From NCBI RefSeq assembly GCF_006345805.1, contig NC_043000.1, forward strand, positions 98,704,001 through 98,768,000: a stretch of DNA of 64,000 nt, written 5' to 3'. The position numbers and the translations under genes are program-made. Of this stretch, positions 1 through 12,899 are shown one piece after another (the stretch's first letter is position 1; the number at the start of each line of letters is the position of its first letter). Origin of the DNA: Octopus sinensis. Its lineage: Eukaryota. A model generated the notes under the pieces. The model worked only from the letters and a program-made list of their open reading frames with translations, made no database searches and was not told the origin of the DNA.

Positions 1-800
1 TGGCCAGACATCAAAATCATTGAAGGGAGGAGATAGATATAAGTGTCTAGGTGTATTAGTATCTGACAGAATATTAACTTCAGAAATGAAAGATGAAAAT
101 TGAGAAGGTGTGCAGTGCCAAATGATGAAAAAATCAATATGAGAAGTATAGAAAAAATAGCGAAGTACCAGGACCTAGCTATTGAATTACAGAGACTATT
201 GAAAGTGCGGGTAAAATGTATCCCAGTAGTTATAGGTGCATTGGGAGCTAACCCTAAATATTTGAACAGATGGATAGAGGAATTAGGCATAAAACCTAGT
301 TTAGTACAGCTCCAGAATACAGTGTTATTAGGGACAGATAGGAAACTTAGGAGGGTTCTTGGCATCTAAGTCAAAGCTAAATGGTCCGAATCTAGTGAAC
401 GCTGTAAATACTCGGGCAGTACTGTTACTTATATATTCAACATCTTTTGTAAATTAAACAAAAACTGAATTAGCAAAGCTAGACAGAACTAAGAAGGAAT
501 TCAATATGAATGGGACTTCACCCAAGGGCAGGAATAGCAAGATTATACCTACCTACAAAGGAAGGTGGAAGAGGGTTAATATCAGTAGAAGACTGCATGG
601 AGTTTGCTAGAGTAGATATAAACTTCTATGTAGGTAATAGCGAAGAAAGTTTATTAAAAGCTGCTAGAGTTCTTGGCATCTAAATTTACTTGCTGTAACC
701 CAATAGGAGGGGCCTTGGTATCTTAAGGGTACTTATTGTAGCCCGATGTTAGGATGCTTTTCTTTTCCAATAGTCTAATCTGTTGAGTGTATATGAATAA
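1..800 (+). mobile_element. Rearranged 3' fragments of an R4/Dong-type non-LTR retrotransposon (restriction-like endonuclease end, post-RT piece, 3' UTR)
   Basis: ORF 100-369 has KIAKYQDL...IPVVIGALG...LQNTVLLGT, matching the C-termini at 29400-29828 and about 32800-33063. 370-680 encodes a post-RT segment (SKLNGPNLVNAVNT, GGRGLISVED) and ends in the same terminus (GTTCTTGGCATCTAA). Confidence 0.8.
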
Positions 801-918
801 TATACCCCCTTCTCTCTCCCTCACACACACAATACACAAACTGAAACCCAGTCTAGAATAAAATTTATCGTCTTATCTATGTATATTATATATAAACACG
901 CGTGCACAAGTGTGGGTT

Positions 919-967
<49 letters not shown>

Positions 968-968
<1 letters not shown>

Positions 969-1468
969 TATTTTTACTTGTTTCAGTCATTTTGACTGCG
1001 GCCATGCTGGTGCACCGCCTTTAATCGAGCAACTCGACCCCGAGACTTATTCTTTGTAAGCCCAGTACTTATTCTATCGGTCTCTTTTGCCGAACCGCTA
1101 AGTAACGTGAACATAAACACACCAGCACCTTGGGCAAGTGTCTTCTACTATAGCCTCGGGCCGACCAAAGTCTTGTGAGTGGATTTGGTAGACGGAAACT
1201 GAAAGAAGCCCGTCGTATATATGTATATATATATATATATATATGCGTGTGTGTGTTTGTGTGTCTGTGTTTGTCCCCCTAGCATTGCTTGACAACCGAT
1301 GCTGGTGTGTTTATGTCCACGTTACTTAGAGGTTCGGCAAAAGAGACCGATAGAATAAGTACTGGGCTTACAAAAGAATAAGTCCCGGGGTCGAGTTTGC
1401 TCGATTAAAGGCGGAGCCCCAGCATGGCCGCGGTCAGATGACTGAAACAAGTAAAAGAGTAAAAGAGT
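968..1468. mobile_element. SINE family B: plus-strand 5'-truncated copy preceded by an inverted copy of its own 3' end
   Basis: About 971-1127 is the reverse complement of about 1300-1457. The body matches the copy at 61478-61868. Flanked by (TA)n. Confidence 0.85.
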
Positions 1469-2239
1469 ATATATATATATATATATATTGAACCAGGTTA
1501 TCTATTGTGCCTTCCTTTGCTTGAAGGCACTAAATCTGCTCTGGAGGACGTTTACTTGCTTTTTCTAGCACACTCCGCGACCACATTATGAGACCCATTC
1601 GTGTGTTATTGTGCCCTTCACCTGTATAAAAAAATCAAATATATCATGTAGAGGTTGTTTATAAAGAGAGTTTTCACCTGATATTTTCAATGGTTATTAT
1701 CTCTCGAATAGACAGATACAGTTAGTTCGTAATATCATCTTCCATTTAGTTTTTTGTATTCATTTGCATTTTTATATTTTTACTAACCTTTTATTCGTAG
1801 ACAGATCTCATTCTCTTTCTGTCTCTCTATGTATGTATGTATGTATGTATGTATGTATGTATGTATGTATGCATGTACGTATGGATGTATATGTGCACAC
1901 ACACACACAAATGTATGTATGTACGTATCCTCTTCCTGATATTTTATTTCAGTTTCGGCCTTTTCCTCCTCATCAAATTACCACTCTCATCATTATCATG
2001 TGTTTTCTATTTTCGCCTCTACTATTTCCTACTACTACTACTAGTACTACTACGACTACTACTACGACGACGACGACTACACTTTTAGATGGCCTTGTTC
2101 CGTTTCTTTATCAAACTACTTCATCTTACACAGTATTTTGAATTCGCTAAGTAATTTTCCTTACGTTCAGAGTTATGCATTTATGTTTTTAGTTTTCGGT
2201 TGTTATTATTATCATTATTATAATTGTTTTCTCTATATC

Positions 2240-2495
2240 ACAGGTTTAGTTGGGGCTTCTGCAGTCTTGCATGCAGCGGGCTAACTACCTGCTGCCTACG
2301 GTACCATGCTATTCGTTCTTTTCAGCTATTTAATCCTGGTTATTCTGGCCGTGCCAAGAAGGCAAACCTTTTGTAACATTTTTACTGGGCACTCTATTCC
2401 AAATTCCTTTATATTCCTCTTGATGCCTTGTGATACTGTTGCCTTCTTCATTTTCTATAGCCACGCTATTCCGTACATAAGAGGGTTGTATCTAC

Positions 2496-2586
<91 letters not shown>

Positions 2587-3510
2587 ACTATCTATATGTC
2601 TGTTTGTCTGTCTATCTATCTATCTATTTTTTCGCATTCCTTCTTGACTATTCGTGGGTCAAAGGGACATACAACATCAACTATATAGCATATGTGGTGC
2701 ACCTTCTCCACCACCACTAGGTCCGGTTTGTTATGCTCTAGCACCTAAATTTTTGGATTGGGAAATCCCAGAAGATTTTACTAGTCTCCGACTCCTCCAC
2801 TCTCTGCGGTTCGTGCTCATACCACGTCTTGTATTTCTCAAGCCCCCACTTGTTGCACAGTTTCCAATGTAGCACTTTCACTACCTGGTTGTGTCGCCAC
2901 AACTTGTAGAGGTTTTGAGCAAATCTAGGGCATTCGTTCGAGATATGAGCAATGGTTTCATTCACTCTATTTCAGATACGGCACAGCGGAGACACTTATT
3001 CATTCCTAAGGTTGACCATCCAGTTAATGGCCAAAGCTTGGTCTTGCGCTGCCAGTATAGTGCTCTCGGTCTCTTTTTAAGGGTTCCTTTCATCAGCCAA
3101 TCCTACCTATTTTTTCCAGCAACTTTTGTTGTGGCTGCATGGAATTGATTCTGCAGTCCTTTCTTGCGTAATTCTTCTTCACGACCTTTTTGCATTTCAT
3201 CCTTTGTTTTCCCTTTTTTCTCTACTCTCAATACTCCCTCGTTATCTGTCACTAGCAAAGTTTCGTTACTTTGGGCTAGGTATCTCATTAAGCTCTCAAG
3301 TTCGATAAGCACGCTGTCTTCCACACATATCAGTCTCCTTCCTCCATTTGCTCTCTTCATGTATAGGCGATCAGTGTGAGCACGTGGATGATGGGTTCCA
3401 TGCATCGTTAGGAGCTTTCTTGACTTCCTGTCTATCTCCTTTAGCTCCGCCTTTGTCCACTTCAGGATTCCAGTGATATCCCGAACTACTGCGAGTACAT
3501 AAGAGTACAC
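2240..3510 (-). mobile_element. Degenerate R4/Dong-type LINE 3' half, interrupted by (TCTA)n
   Basis: Minus-strand ORFs: 3103-3510 (WTKAELKEIDRKSRKLL...HPRAHTDRLY...GGRRL) and 2738-2965 (ETIAHISNEC...RHNQV...WDFPIQ). LQKVCLLGTAR terminus near 2345-2380. Confidence 0.85.
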
Positions 3511-3664
3511 CAGGTATATGCATCACAACCATATGTACGAGGTCATGGTGATCTTATATCAAGATAAACAGCGCAAAACCTTGGAAAAACTTTCCTGATC
3601 CATGGCGTGTCTGCACACGTACGCACGCACACACACGCACACACAATATGTATGCATATATATA

Positions 3665-3880
3665 TAATGTTGCCCCATAAAATCAGTTTCCCCATTTATG
3701 TTAATCCTTATTTTTAATCAACAGTTTAAACAAATCAATCAACAATATATTCTCCTTTATCGTTCTCGACTTCATGCTGACGTTCCAGTAGTTCGTCAAT
3801 ACCTTGACAATAGAAATGACTGTTTCTTAACTCGGAGTACTCATCTAACCACATTTTCAGCATCGCGTCGTGGTTGAGTG
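3665..3880 (-). mobile_element. Mariner/Tc1 transposase C-terminal relic
   Basis: ORF 3735-3938 ends FYCQGIDELLERQHEVENDKGEYIVD*, resembling the mariner C-terminus (FY..GI..L..RW..V....G.Y). Confidence 0.65.
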
Positions 3881-5526
3881 AAATGCGTCGCCGGCTGTTG
3901 GAGATGGATTGACAAAAGTAATAACCTGAAGACAACATATCAGCGAAATGCCCTAAGCGTTTTACTCAGCTTGCAAACGGTTCTGTCAGCTCGTCGCCTT
4001 CCGAACCCTAATAATATAATATCTAATATTTAGAATTAGTGGGATGATACACTCGACTACTTCCTGATGATACAATCGACAACTATTGTTATAAAGCTGA
4101 TTACGTATGCCTTTACGACACGTTTCCGCTTATTAATAACTTTAAATGCTTAAATGCCATCCATTATCACACTGTGAGGGAACAAAATCGCTCGACCTGT
4201 TAGTGATGTTGGCTAAATTCTTTAACATCATATTTACCATCTTAAAATAGTAATGATAAAATTGGATAATGTAGTGTAAGATATACAAAGAGAGATGCTT
4301 ATATCTGGAATGTCTTTGATCATAAGTTTGCACAACAGATTTAACTTGGCGTAAAACAGCAACAAACTATCTCCGTATTCTAATGTGTTTGCCAACATAA
4401 AAAATGAAACAAAATACTTTTTTAACATTCGCTATTGAGCGTCGTAAATCCAATGGTGAAACCACTGGCAAATGGAGAATGCGATGCGGTTTCAATTTTT
4501 GGTAAGATATTAATTCATTTACAGTTTAGTCTGGAAAATATATGAATGTTTTAGTTTCACATTTCCTCAATTGTAACATCTTTATGCCTCGTGAAATAAG
4601 CACTTACTAGCTTCTATCATAAAATATAAACTGAGTTTACATAAGCTTAATCAGCGATCAAATTTCAATCCTACTAAACACTATTTTACTACACATCTAT
4701 TAAGACAGCCAGGAGCTCAGAATCTCAATATCATAAGTCAAATTGACGGCCATTCTTTGTGCATTGTGCAATTATAAGTAATGAAGCTGAGAAGGAACTA
4801 TTCCGTTCTTATATCGGCGCCAGAAATTTATTAGGTTGAATGCATAAATGGTAGCATCAACTACATAATAAATTGTACTCTCCTTTTTTTTTTTGTAATT
4901 GATCTTTATGATGAAATGAAAAGTTGACCTCATCAGGATTTGAACTCGGAGAAAAGTACGACAATCTTAAATTCTATTATGCGTTTAATTCGACGCCATG
5001 CTATTTATTGCCTCTCCACCCATATAGTAAAGGAAATAGATAATACAGAACTAGAGAAAGAAATAAAAGACTTCAATCTTTTCGTATTGTTATACCAGCA
5101 GATTCCAAAGCAATTGTCTATTGATGTTTTTCCTCCTCCCACGTTAATCTGAGTTTGGATTAAACATTCACTGCTGCCGAGCAACAAACTTTTACAGCGT
5201 AGCAACATTTTCTATTTATCTATGTTCCAGAAAACAAAAGAAACCTATTGTACTTATATTAAATGGAATTCTGGTTGAAATAGTCCATTAATATTCCTGC
5301 GGCTGAAATCTGCATATGAATTAGAGATATCACTGAAAGTGAGGAAATTACCTTAAAACGTGTGGTAAGATGTCAAGAAAGCTCTTCTGTAACGTGGTTT
5401 CAAACCTTGTGTGAAGCAGCTTCGACCACTTTTGATAAAGTTATGAATAGAACATCACTCTGTCTTGTTTTCTGTCTCCACTAAATATTAAGGCATTTTT
5501 GTTCTAATGTAAACAATACACACACA

Positions 5527-5597
<71 letters not shown>

Positions 5598-5619
5598 ATA
5601 TATATATATATATACAGTA

Positions 5620-5980
5620 TAAACAATATTAATAGCGTTCTGTATATCGCTATACGAATCCATCATTTTTTGCTAAAATGTCGTATTGACGAGTTTCGTT
5701 TTTTCACTTTCCCGAAGAGAAGATTGCATTGTTTATACCTTTTATTCATTTGAATAGTATCAGTGGAATTTTCGAAACATATGTAGAAAGTAAAAATACT
5801 TGTTTAAACCTGCGTTAACTCCATTTTTTATTCATATTATTCAAAATATTCAACGTAAACACGAAGTTTCAACCTTTATCAACAAGGAGTTACAACATCT
5901 TTACTTGTGAGATTTTTGCTGCCCTGGTAACTATTTATTTATTTTTCCGTGTTAATTGTTAACAAGGTAAAATACACTCA

Positions 5981-5985
<5 letters not shown>
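5620..5985 (+). mobile_element. Short non-coding HHR-bearing element (Penelope pseudo-LTR-like) between (TA)n tracts
   Basis: A diverged reverse-complement homolog lies at about 53045-53420. Contains the hammerhead fold at 5706-5791. Confidence 0.7.
5706..5791 (+). ncRNA. Type-I hammerhead ribozyme motif (U4>C in core)
   Basis: Stem I ACTTTC/GAAAGT; core CCGAAGA; stem II GAAGATT/AATTTTC with a long loop; GAAA; palindromic stem III CATATG; site GTA. Confidence 0.7.
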
Positions 5986-6013
<28 letters not shown>

Positions 6014-6118
6014 TATCATGTTGTGGAAACAAAATAAATCAGCAGATTTATATATCATGTCTTGTGCTTCAGAATTCAATCTGTGCCTGAAGGATTGCTT
6101 GAAGGCACAAATCATGAT

Positions 6119-6167
<49 letters not shown>

Positions 6168-6583
6168 TTGACAGTTTATTGTGTTTCCACATTATGAAAC
6201 TAATAGTAGCTCGTACTTAAGTAATGTGTATATTAACTGATATTTATCGTTCATTGGATGGAGTACTTTTTTTGTTGAGCTTACCAATAACAGAACAGTA
6301 AACTATATAACATTTCGAAATGTTTACTGGTTATCAATGTATTACACATTATTATCAACTGATATATGATGGGATGCAAACTCAGTGGATATTTCCTGTT
6401 AGTTTCATATAACGTATGTTGTGACTAAAGTCCCGAAGGTGAGTGAGTTGATTGTTTAGACTCGTAATTTAACTTTTAGTCAACTTCAACATAAGTTTTT
6501 TGCTTCATTACAAGATGCCAATCCTTTAATATCAAATGAGCTGCTTCCAATAATCGTAGCAAAAAGAATCATCATTTTTGATA

Positions 6584-6790
6584 TACGAAGTGGGATGCTG
6601 AAAAGTTCCTGGCTTTGGGTAAAATAAAGTACAGGAGGATCAGTTAATCATGGTATTTAACGTATTCCCCGCTCAGATTAATAAACTTGTTACATCGATC
6701 TTTCAGTTTTTCTAAGCCCTTTTAAAGAATTCGGAACCAGGACTTTCGCGACACCTTTAAAGCCAGGAACTTTACAGCCCCCGCTCACAT
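6584..6790. mobile_element. Mariner-type MITE
   Basis: Terminal inverted repeat GCTGAAAAGTTCCTGGCTTT (6597-6616) / AAAGCCAGGAACTTTACAGC (6759-6778). A second copy lies at about 51778-51996. Confidence 0.75.
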
Positions 6791-6842
6791 GATAGAAATG
6801 CTTTTGGCTTAAATTCATATTTCCTATTATTACTGAATGAAG

Positions 6843-7280
6843 GGTGGTGAGCTGACCGAATCGTTCGTATGCCGGACAAACTGTTTAGCGGGATATATTC
6901 CAGCTTTACATTCTGAGTTCAAATTCCACTAATGTTGACCTATGCCTTTCATCATTTCGGGGTCGATAAAATAAGTACCAATTGTGCACTCTTCGGACGT
7001 AATCGGCTAGACCCCTTCCCACCCAAATTTCTTGTGGCTATAGTAAAAAAAATATTACTAATGACTAGATTAGTGGATTGACATAAAGATTAGATAATGT
7101 TCTTTGGGGCTTTTTTCCGGTTTTCTTGCCATCTGATTTTAAATCACGCCAACTTTGCCTTTCTTCGTATTTTGGGGCTGTAAAAAAATAGTTCCAGCCG
7201 GGTACTGCAGTTGTTGGTAATCGGTTAATTCCCCACCACTCAAAATTGCTGGCTTTGTTCCTAAGTCAAGCAACCATTAT
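6843..7280 (+). mobile_element. Two tandem degenerate SINE family A copies
   Basis: GAGCTG...GAATCGTT head, GAGTTCAAATTCC B-box, TTTCATC.TTTCGGGGTCGATAAA.TAAGTACC core shared with many copies in the window. Confidence 0.75.
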
Positions 7281-8030
7281 TAACTTGCTTCTAAAAGTAC
7301 ATTTATTAATGATTTCATAAATCGTTCATGAAAAAACGAAAGACCTAACAATGTGTTTGAGAATCAGATATTGTTAATTTTGGAAATAGAAAAATATTTG
7401 AAACTCTGAAACTAGTATTATCACAATCAGTAGAAACTTTCTCACATGAGTTACGACGTCATTGTTGTTGTGTAGCTCCAGCCCGGTCTTTCCGGTGCTA
7501 GCTAAACGGGCATGCAGGTAGTCGTCCAAACAACAAAGTGGTACTCACAGATCCAGCTTCCCAGTTATATAATTTCTCCGCCTAGTTGACGACCATAGTG
7601 CGCACTGGGACGTACAGAAATGGATCCCAATGAATGAAACAGCAGATTCAACATCTTACATTCTCTCCGCTCACAGTTTCTTGTACTGACCACAACAAAA
7701 GCGAAGTAAGGACTCAGGTAGAACACGATAATTGCATTATCTATGGTTAGAAGTGTGCAACTCAGAATAGAATTTGAGGTCCGTGAGACTGTTGATATTG
7801 CAGCTATTTCTGCGTGTGTATGTTTCATATGGCTGCCCGGACCGGTTGGGTGAGATAATGTTTTTACATGTTGTAGTAGTACTCTGAATGTTGACAATAT
7901 GCCCGCATATAATGGACGTGAAATTTTTTATGATAGGGACTATTGGATGAAGCTTTCTGCAAAAACCAACTGCATACTTTACATGTATATGTAGTCAATC
8001 ATTTTCGGCACCGTGATTTGTGGTGAAGAT

Positions 8031-8328
8031 GAATAGGTTCGTGAATAGGAACAAGAAAGGAAAATTAAAATGCGGATGTCAGCATACTAAAACCTCTGGA
8101 TAATTGACAATTGGTACAACTCTTTAGGGGTGAAATTTGAAAGGATTTTTAAAAACCTTTCTTAAATTGAAAAAAAAAAAAAATTCTACAAAATCATTGA
8201 ATATTTTATAAATCTGTTCATATTTTATCCCAAAGAGTTTTGCGAATTCTCTATCATCCAGTTCTAACTATGCTAACGTCAGCGTCTTAATTTTAGCATT
8301 GTTTTTGTCTGTATTCACTAAGCTATTC
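8031..8328. repeat. Old imperfect inverted repeat (about 125-bp arms)
   Basis: 8031-8156 aligns by eye to the reverse complement of 8202-8328 (GAATAG.TT.GTGAATA...AAAATTAA...AGCATA...CTGGAT...AACTCTTT.GG...GATTT.TAAAA). Confidence 0.7.
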
Positions 8329-8667
8329 CTATTTTTGTTTTTATTTCGTTATATAGATGTTGTGGGTGCAGTGTATAGATGTATGGTGTGTATAGCATGT
8401 TACGACGTGTAGTGGACTATTTGCATTCTTTGTAGTCTGTGTTGGATATAATGCATTAATTCGATTTGAGTTGCCTTCTATCTCTTAGTCAAGTGAGGTG
8501 CTTGTGTTTGCTATAAATGTTTGTGCGTAAATTTGCTTTCTTTACTTTTTCTATGTGTTATGGATATTTTGGAGTCGTATATAACTCTTAGTAATTTTGT
8601 CATTTGTTTATATGGTCTCTTTACATAGTCAAGTGTGATGACAAGTACCACGTGATGTTCTATAATG

Positions 8668-8809
8668 TTGTTCGTGAGAGGAGAGTGACAGTGGAGTGGG
8701 GAGTGCTACTTTAAACTTGTTACTGAAGACATAGGAAGCTATCTCTACAATAAGATTTTTTAAGTAGCACCTGCCCGATCCACTGTCACTCTCCTCTCAT
8801 CAGGAACAA
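8668..8809. repeat. Inverted repeat hairpin with decayed HHR-like loop
   Basis: TGAGAGGAGAGTGACAGTGGA...GTGCTACTT pairs with AAGTAGCAC...TCCACTGTCACTCTCCTCTCA. The loop contains CTGAAGA-CATAG-GAAG-CTATC. Confidence 0.75.
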
Positions 8810-9039
8810 AACTACGAGTTTCAACAATGCACTTCCTATAAAATCGCTTGCCATGCAAGAAAGAGTAGCTAAACCTGCTTCAAGTCGCACTCTACAGTCT
8901 TAAAGAGGCATGACCTTGGATTATGTAGCCTCATATACAATGCTTGAAGAAAAAGATAAATATGCTAAGATAACGCCTGCAATGCCTTTGATCATAGATT
9001 TGTCTCTTTTATCAATAGTGACTTATGGCTAAGCAACAG

Positions 9040-9093
<54 letters not shown>

Positions 9094-9192
9094 TATCATC
9101 ATCATCACTACCACCACCACCACCACAACCACCACCACCATCGTCAACATCTTTGTCATTATCATCAGCGTCAACAACAACAAAAGCAGCAA
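9040..9192. repeat. Compound (CAT)n/(CAC)n/(CAA)n microsatellite
   Basis: Directly visible. Confidence 0.95.
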
Positions 9193-9574
9193 CAGTTGTA
9201 GATAACCTAAATCTTGGCAAAGATTTCTGTTCTGTAAATTGTGATATCTTCCACAGGAATGAGACTTAACATGTAAAAAGGAGGGGTGGTGGGGGAACTG
9301 GAATTCGATTTGATCAATAGCCAGTTTTGGAAGTTTTCCTCACCTTACACAAGCACAGGACTCAAGATCTAATATACTCAGGCAATATGTTAATGTTTAT
9401 TCCTCAGTCCTACTTGAATTCTGCGCACCACGCCTAGTTTTGAGGATTTGATATGAATGGAGGTAACATATCTTGCATGATCAATTGAATTCATCTCTTA
9501 AAGTCGACTAAATGGTTGTCATGTGTACAATGCTCCTGTAGTTTATAGTTTTATTAATTATGATACTCAGAAGA

Positions 9575-9780
9575 CGGAGTGATGATCGAACCGTTAGCAC
9601 GCCGGCAAATTGCTTAGCGGCTTTTCGCTCGTCATTATGTTTTGAGCTCAAATTCTGCCGAGGTCGACTTTGTCTCTCATCACTCGAGGTCGATAAAATA
9701 AGTACTAGTTGAGCACTGGAGGCAATGTAATCGACTTATTCCCTCCTTCGAAATTACTGCCAAAATTTAAAATCAATTAT
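9575..9780 (+). mobile_element. SINE family A copy
   Basis: CGTTAGCACGCCGG...TGCTTAGCGG...GAGGTCGACTTTG...GGTCGATAAAATAAGTAC. Confidence 0.8.
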
Positions 9781-11285
9781 AATACCCAGGGGTACTTATT
9801 TTAGATAGATTTTACACTGAACCATTGTCTTGGTTTTGGATATGATATAACGAAATAATTATGCACCAGCAACAATGTACAAAATAGTAGATAATCGCCT
9901 TTGTCTTTCACTACTCATTCCGAATCTATTGGTTATTTGAAATTCAAATTTCATTGTTGCTCTTGTTATTTATAGTCTCGAACGAACATAATCCTAAACA
10001 CGTCTATTCATTTCCTTTCGTGCAATTTTAAAAAAATTGATTCTAGTTTTCTGAGGTAATTAAATAAGATAAAAGTATGTAAATTACCACATAACACAAT
10101 TTCGTGATTTACTACAATTATCTACAACTTCAGGGGAAGTATACGTAATTCCCAAATGGCAATTAATACCAGTTACACTTGAGAATGGGAGATAATTTCA
10201 AGATTCAAAATGTTTTTCCAAGTTAACCTGTTATAAAATAAAACAACAGCTTATCATCTGGAGATAAGAGGACAGTCGTAGGCACATATTACTGACTTAA
10301 TAGCCATCATTAACACAACAATTTCCGACCTTACCTCCCATAACTAAGGGAAATATACAAAAATGGTAGAATACATTTACGGCATAGGTATTTTGCATAG
10401 TTTAGACGAAAATGAGAAATAACTGAGAGTGGTTCGTGGAATGCATTTGAACAGCATAAATAAATACAGGTGTATTTCATACTATACAACATAAATTCTG
10501 AATTTATTAAAAGTATATCCACCTCTAGAGGATATATCATGACCAAACAGCAATTGAAACTCGCTCCACTTCAGAAAGGGAAATAACCTCAAAACTCCAG
10601 AATTCTACTAAGTTGGCATGACTATAGAATGCTCCAAAGTTGATATGCTATCAACGAAAAGGACTAACTTTTGAGATAATCTTGTCAAGTCGAGTTGGCT
10701 TTAATTGACGTTTGGTAGTTATGATGCACCCTCAAATGGTGGAGATAATTGCAAAAACTCGAGAATTTATTATGTATGATATTTGATATATACGTGTATT
10801 AATCTATGTTGTTCATATATATACCACTTATCACTCGTAGTAATTTCCCTCGGCTCATTTTTCCTTAAGCTATGTAGAGGCGTGACCTGTCTGAATCTAC
10901 TAATTACCCACTGAGCACAAGCAGAACATATGCTTCGTCATTAAAAAATTCAAACTCCTAATTAGTGTTAGACAAGTGTCTATGCAAATGCTCCCTTGTT
11001 GCTTAGCCGCATCTTAGCCTGACCAATCAAACATATAATCATATCTGTTCCAGCTGTGGCCAACCTGTCACCTTTATAAGGGAAATCATTTAATTAGGAC
11101 GCCATAGTAAGAACGTATCGAAGTAGTCAAATGATATTACCTTTCAACTTTTGTTTCAGTTATTGGACGGTGGTCATGATGCAGCACCATCTTGAACGGT
11201 GTAAGTTGAAGGGTTTTATATTTTTAGGTTCGTACTTATTGTATCGGTCTTTTGCCGAATAACTAATGTACATGGAGGCAAACAA

Positions 11286-11321
<36 letters not shown>

Positions 11322-11623
11322 GCGCGCGTCTGTGTGTGTATATATATATATATATATATACAACCAACAGACGACGACCAAGAATCACTACTGTTGCTTC
11401 CATTGGAACACAAGGTAAAATCTATAATGAACTTGTCCACTACACTCGACAAAACAGTAAGGAACGACAATGGAGTTTTTCTATTATACTCTTTATAATA
11501 TATTTGATAAGGTTCGTTATTTCAAGAACCGAAACATGTAAGATTAAAATTTATCTAATATAGTGGCGTTTTCAAACTTCTTTTTTACAAATATATACCC
11601 ACTCGTATACAATCTACTCTTAT

Positions 11624-11679
<56 letters not shown>

Positions 11680-12088
11680 TTTATATACAAAGGGATTCCA
11701 CACAGTTTTCGTTTACCAAATTCATTCACACGGCATTGATTGATCAGCCCGAAGCTATAGTAGAAAATCATTTGCTTAAGATTGTACACAGTACGATGCT
11801 AATCTATCGATTATCAGTTAGTAATAACATTTTAAAGCAAAGAACATGATAAAGCAAACTACAAATAATTGTGTGTGGAGGAAGTCACAATATTATTTGA
11901 TGGCTAATTTTATTCCAAGTGGAAAAGTCATCGACTGGATGTGTATAAATGAAATTATGACGTCATTGCAGACATGTATCGCAAATATCACATGGAATAC
12001 AGAACAAAGAGTTATATATGAAATATATTACCATTCTTTATTTTTTTGTGTCATAAAAACATAATGAAAATGACGTCAAAATAGAACA

Positions 12089-12860
12089 TCTTACTATAAC
12101 GGGCGTTATGTCCGTCTGTCTGTCTGTACCCTCTTCACGGTCAAACGGCTGGACAAATGGTCATAATGATTTTCGGAGGTTTTTCAGGCAGGTTTTTAAG
12201 CGAAAAAATATGAAAACGTATGATTATTTAGAGGATATTGAGGGTAATTGTTTAGTTTACAGGCATAAAAAAATAAATAAAAAATAAGGGGGAGATAGCT
12301 AACAAAAGAAGCAAAGGGAAGTAAGTCAACTTAGTTCCCCACTGAATTTCGCCACATACATAAGTTATAGTTTAGGATAGTTTTATCAAAGAAGGCTTAT
12401 CTTTAATCGGTGTTTGAACAATTACAGATACTGAGCTTTGTGTTAATAAATGACCTTTGTTAAAATTCCGGCGATGAGGTTTAACTCTGGACCCCCGCCC
12501 CATTGTATAATTCGTGAATTTAGAAGGTTTACATTTGTGATACTATCCCTTTATTTCCCATCGCAGATGGGCAGATTCCTAAAGAATCCGTTCGCGCATT
12601 CACAGCAAAGAAGGCACAGGGCCAGACTTTAGATCGTGTGCATGTATTTTTACTCACTCCGATGTTTACTCACGTTATGAGTAGAGCAACGGATTCCAGT
12701 GACTTGAAAATTAGTGTCGATCAAACAGAAAATATTGTCTACAAAGAAGTTCAATAATCATATTGATTCTATCGAAAGAAATATGATTCATATATTAAAT
12801 TTGTGAACTTTGGCGTAAAATAGTGTAAACAACTAAAATAAAAGTATATCTAAATAACAT
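12089..12860 (+). mobile_element. Internally deleted Helitron with Pif1-like helicase C-terminal relic
   Basis: Putative 5' end a|TCTTACTATA followed by (GTCT)n. 12596-12757 reads AFTAKKAQGQTLDRVHVFLLTPMFTHVMSRAT...TENIVYKEVQ*, the Helitron helicase motif V/VI region and typical NIVYKEV terminus. Confidence 0.8.
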
Positions 12861-12899
12861 TTTTCCTTAATACTTTTTATGTAGTGGTAGAAGGAAACT

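Noticed and set aside
9344-9536. Possible minus-strand exon (CAG acceptor, GTGAGG donor)
   Set aside because: Stops in all three frames and no pyrimidine tract.
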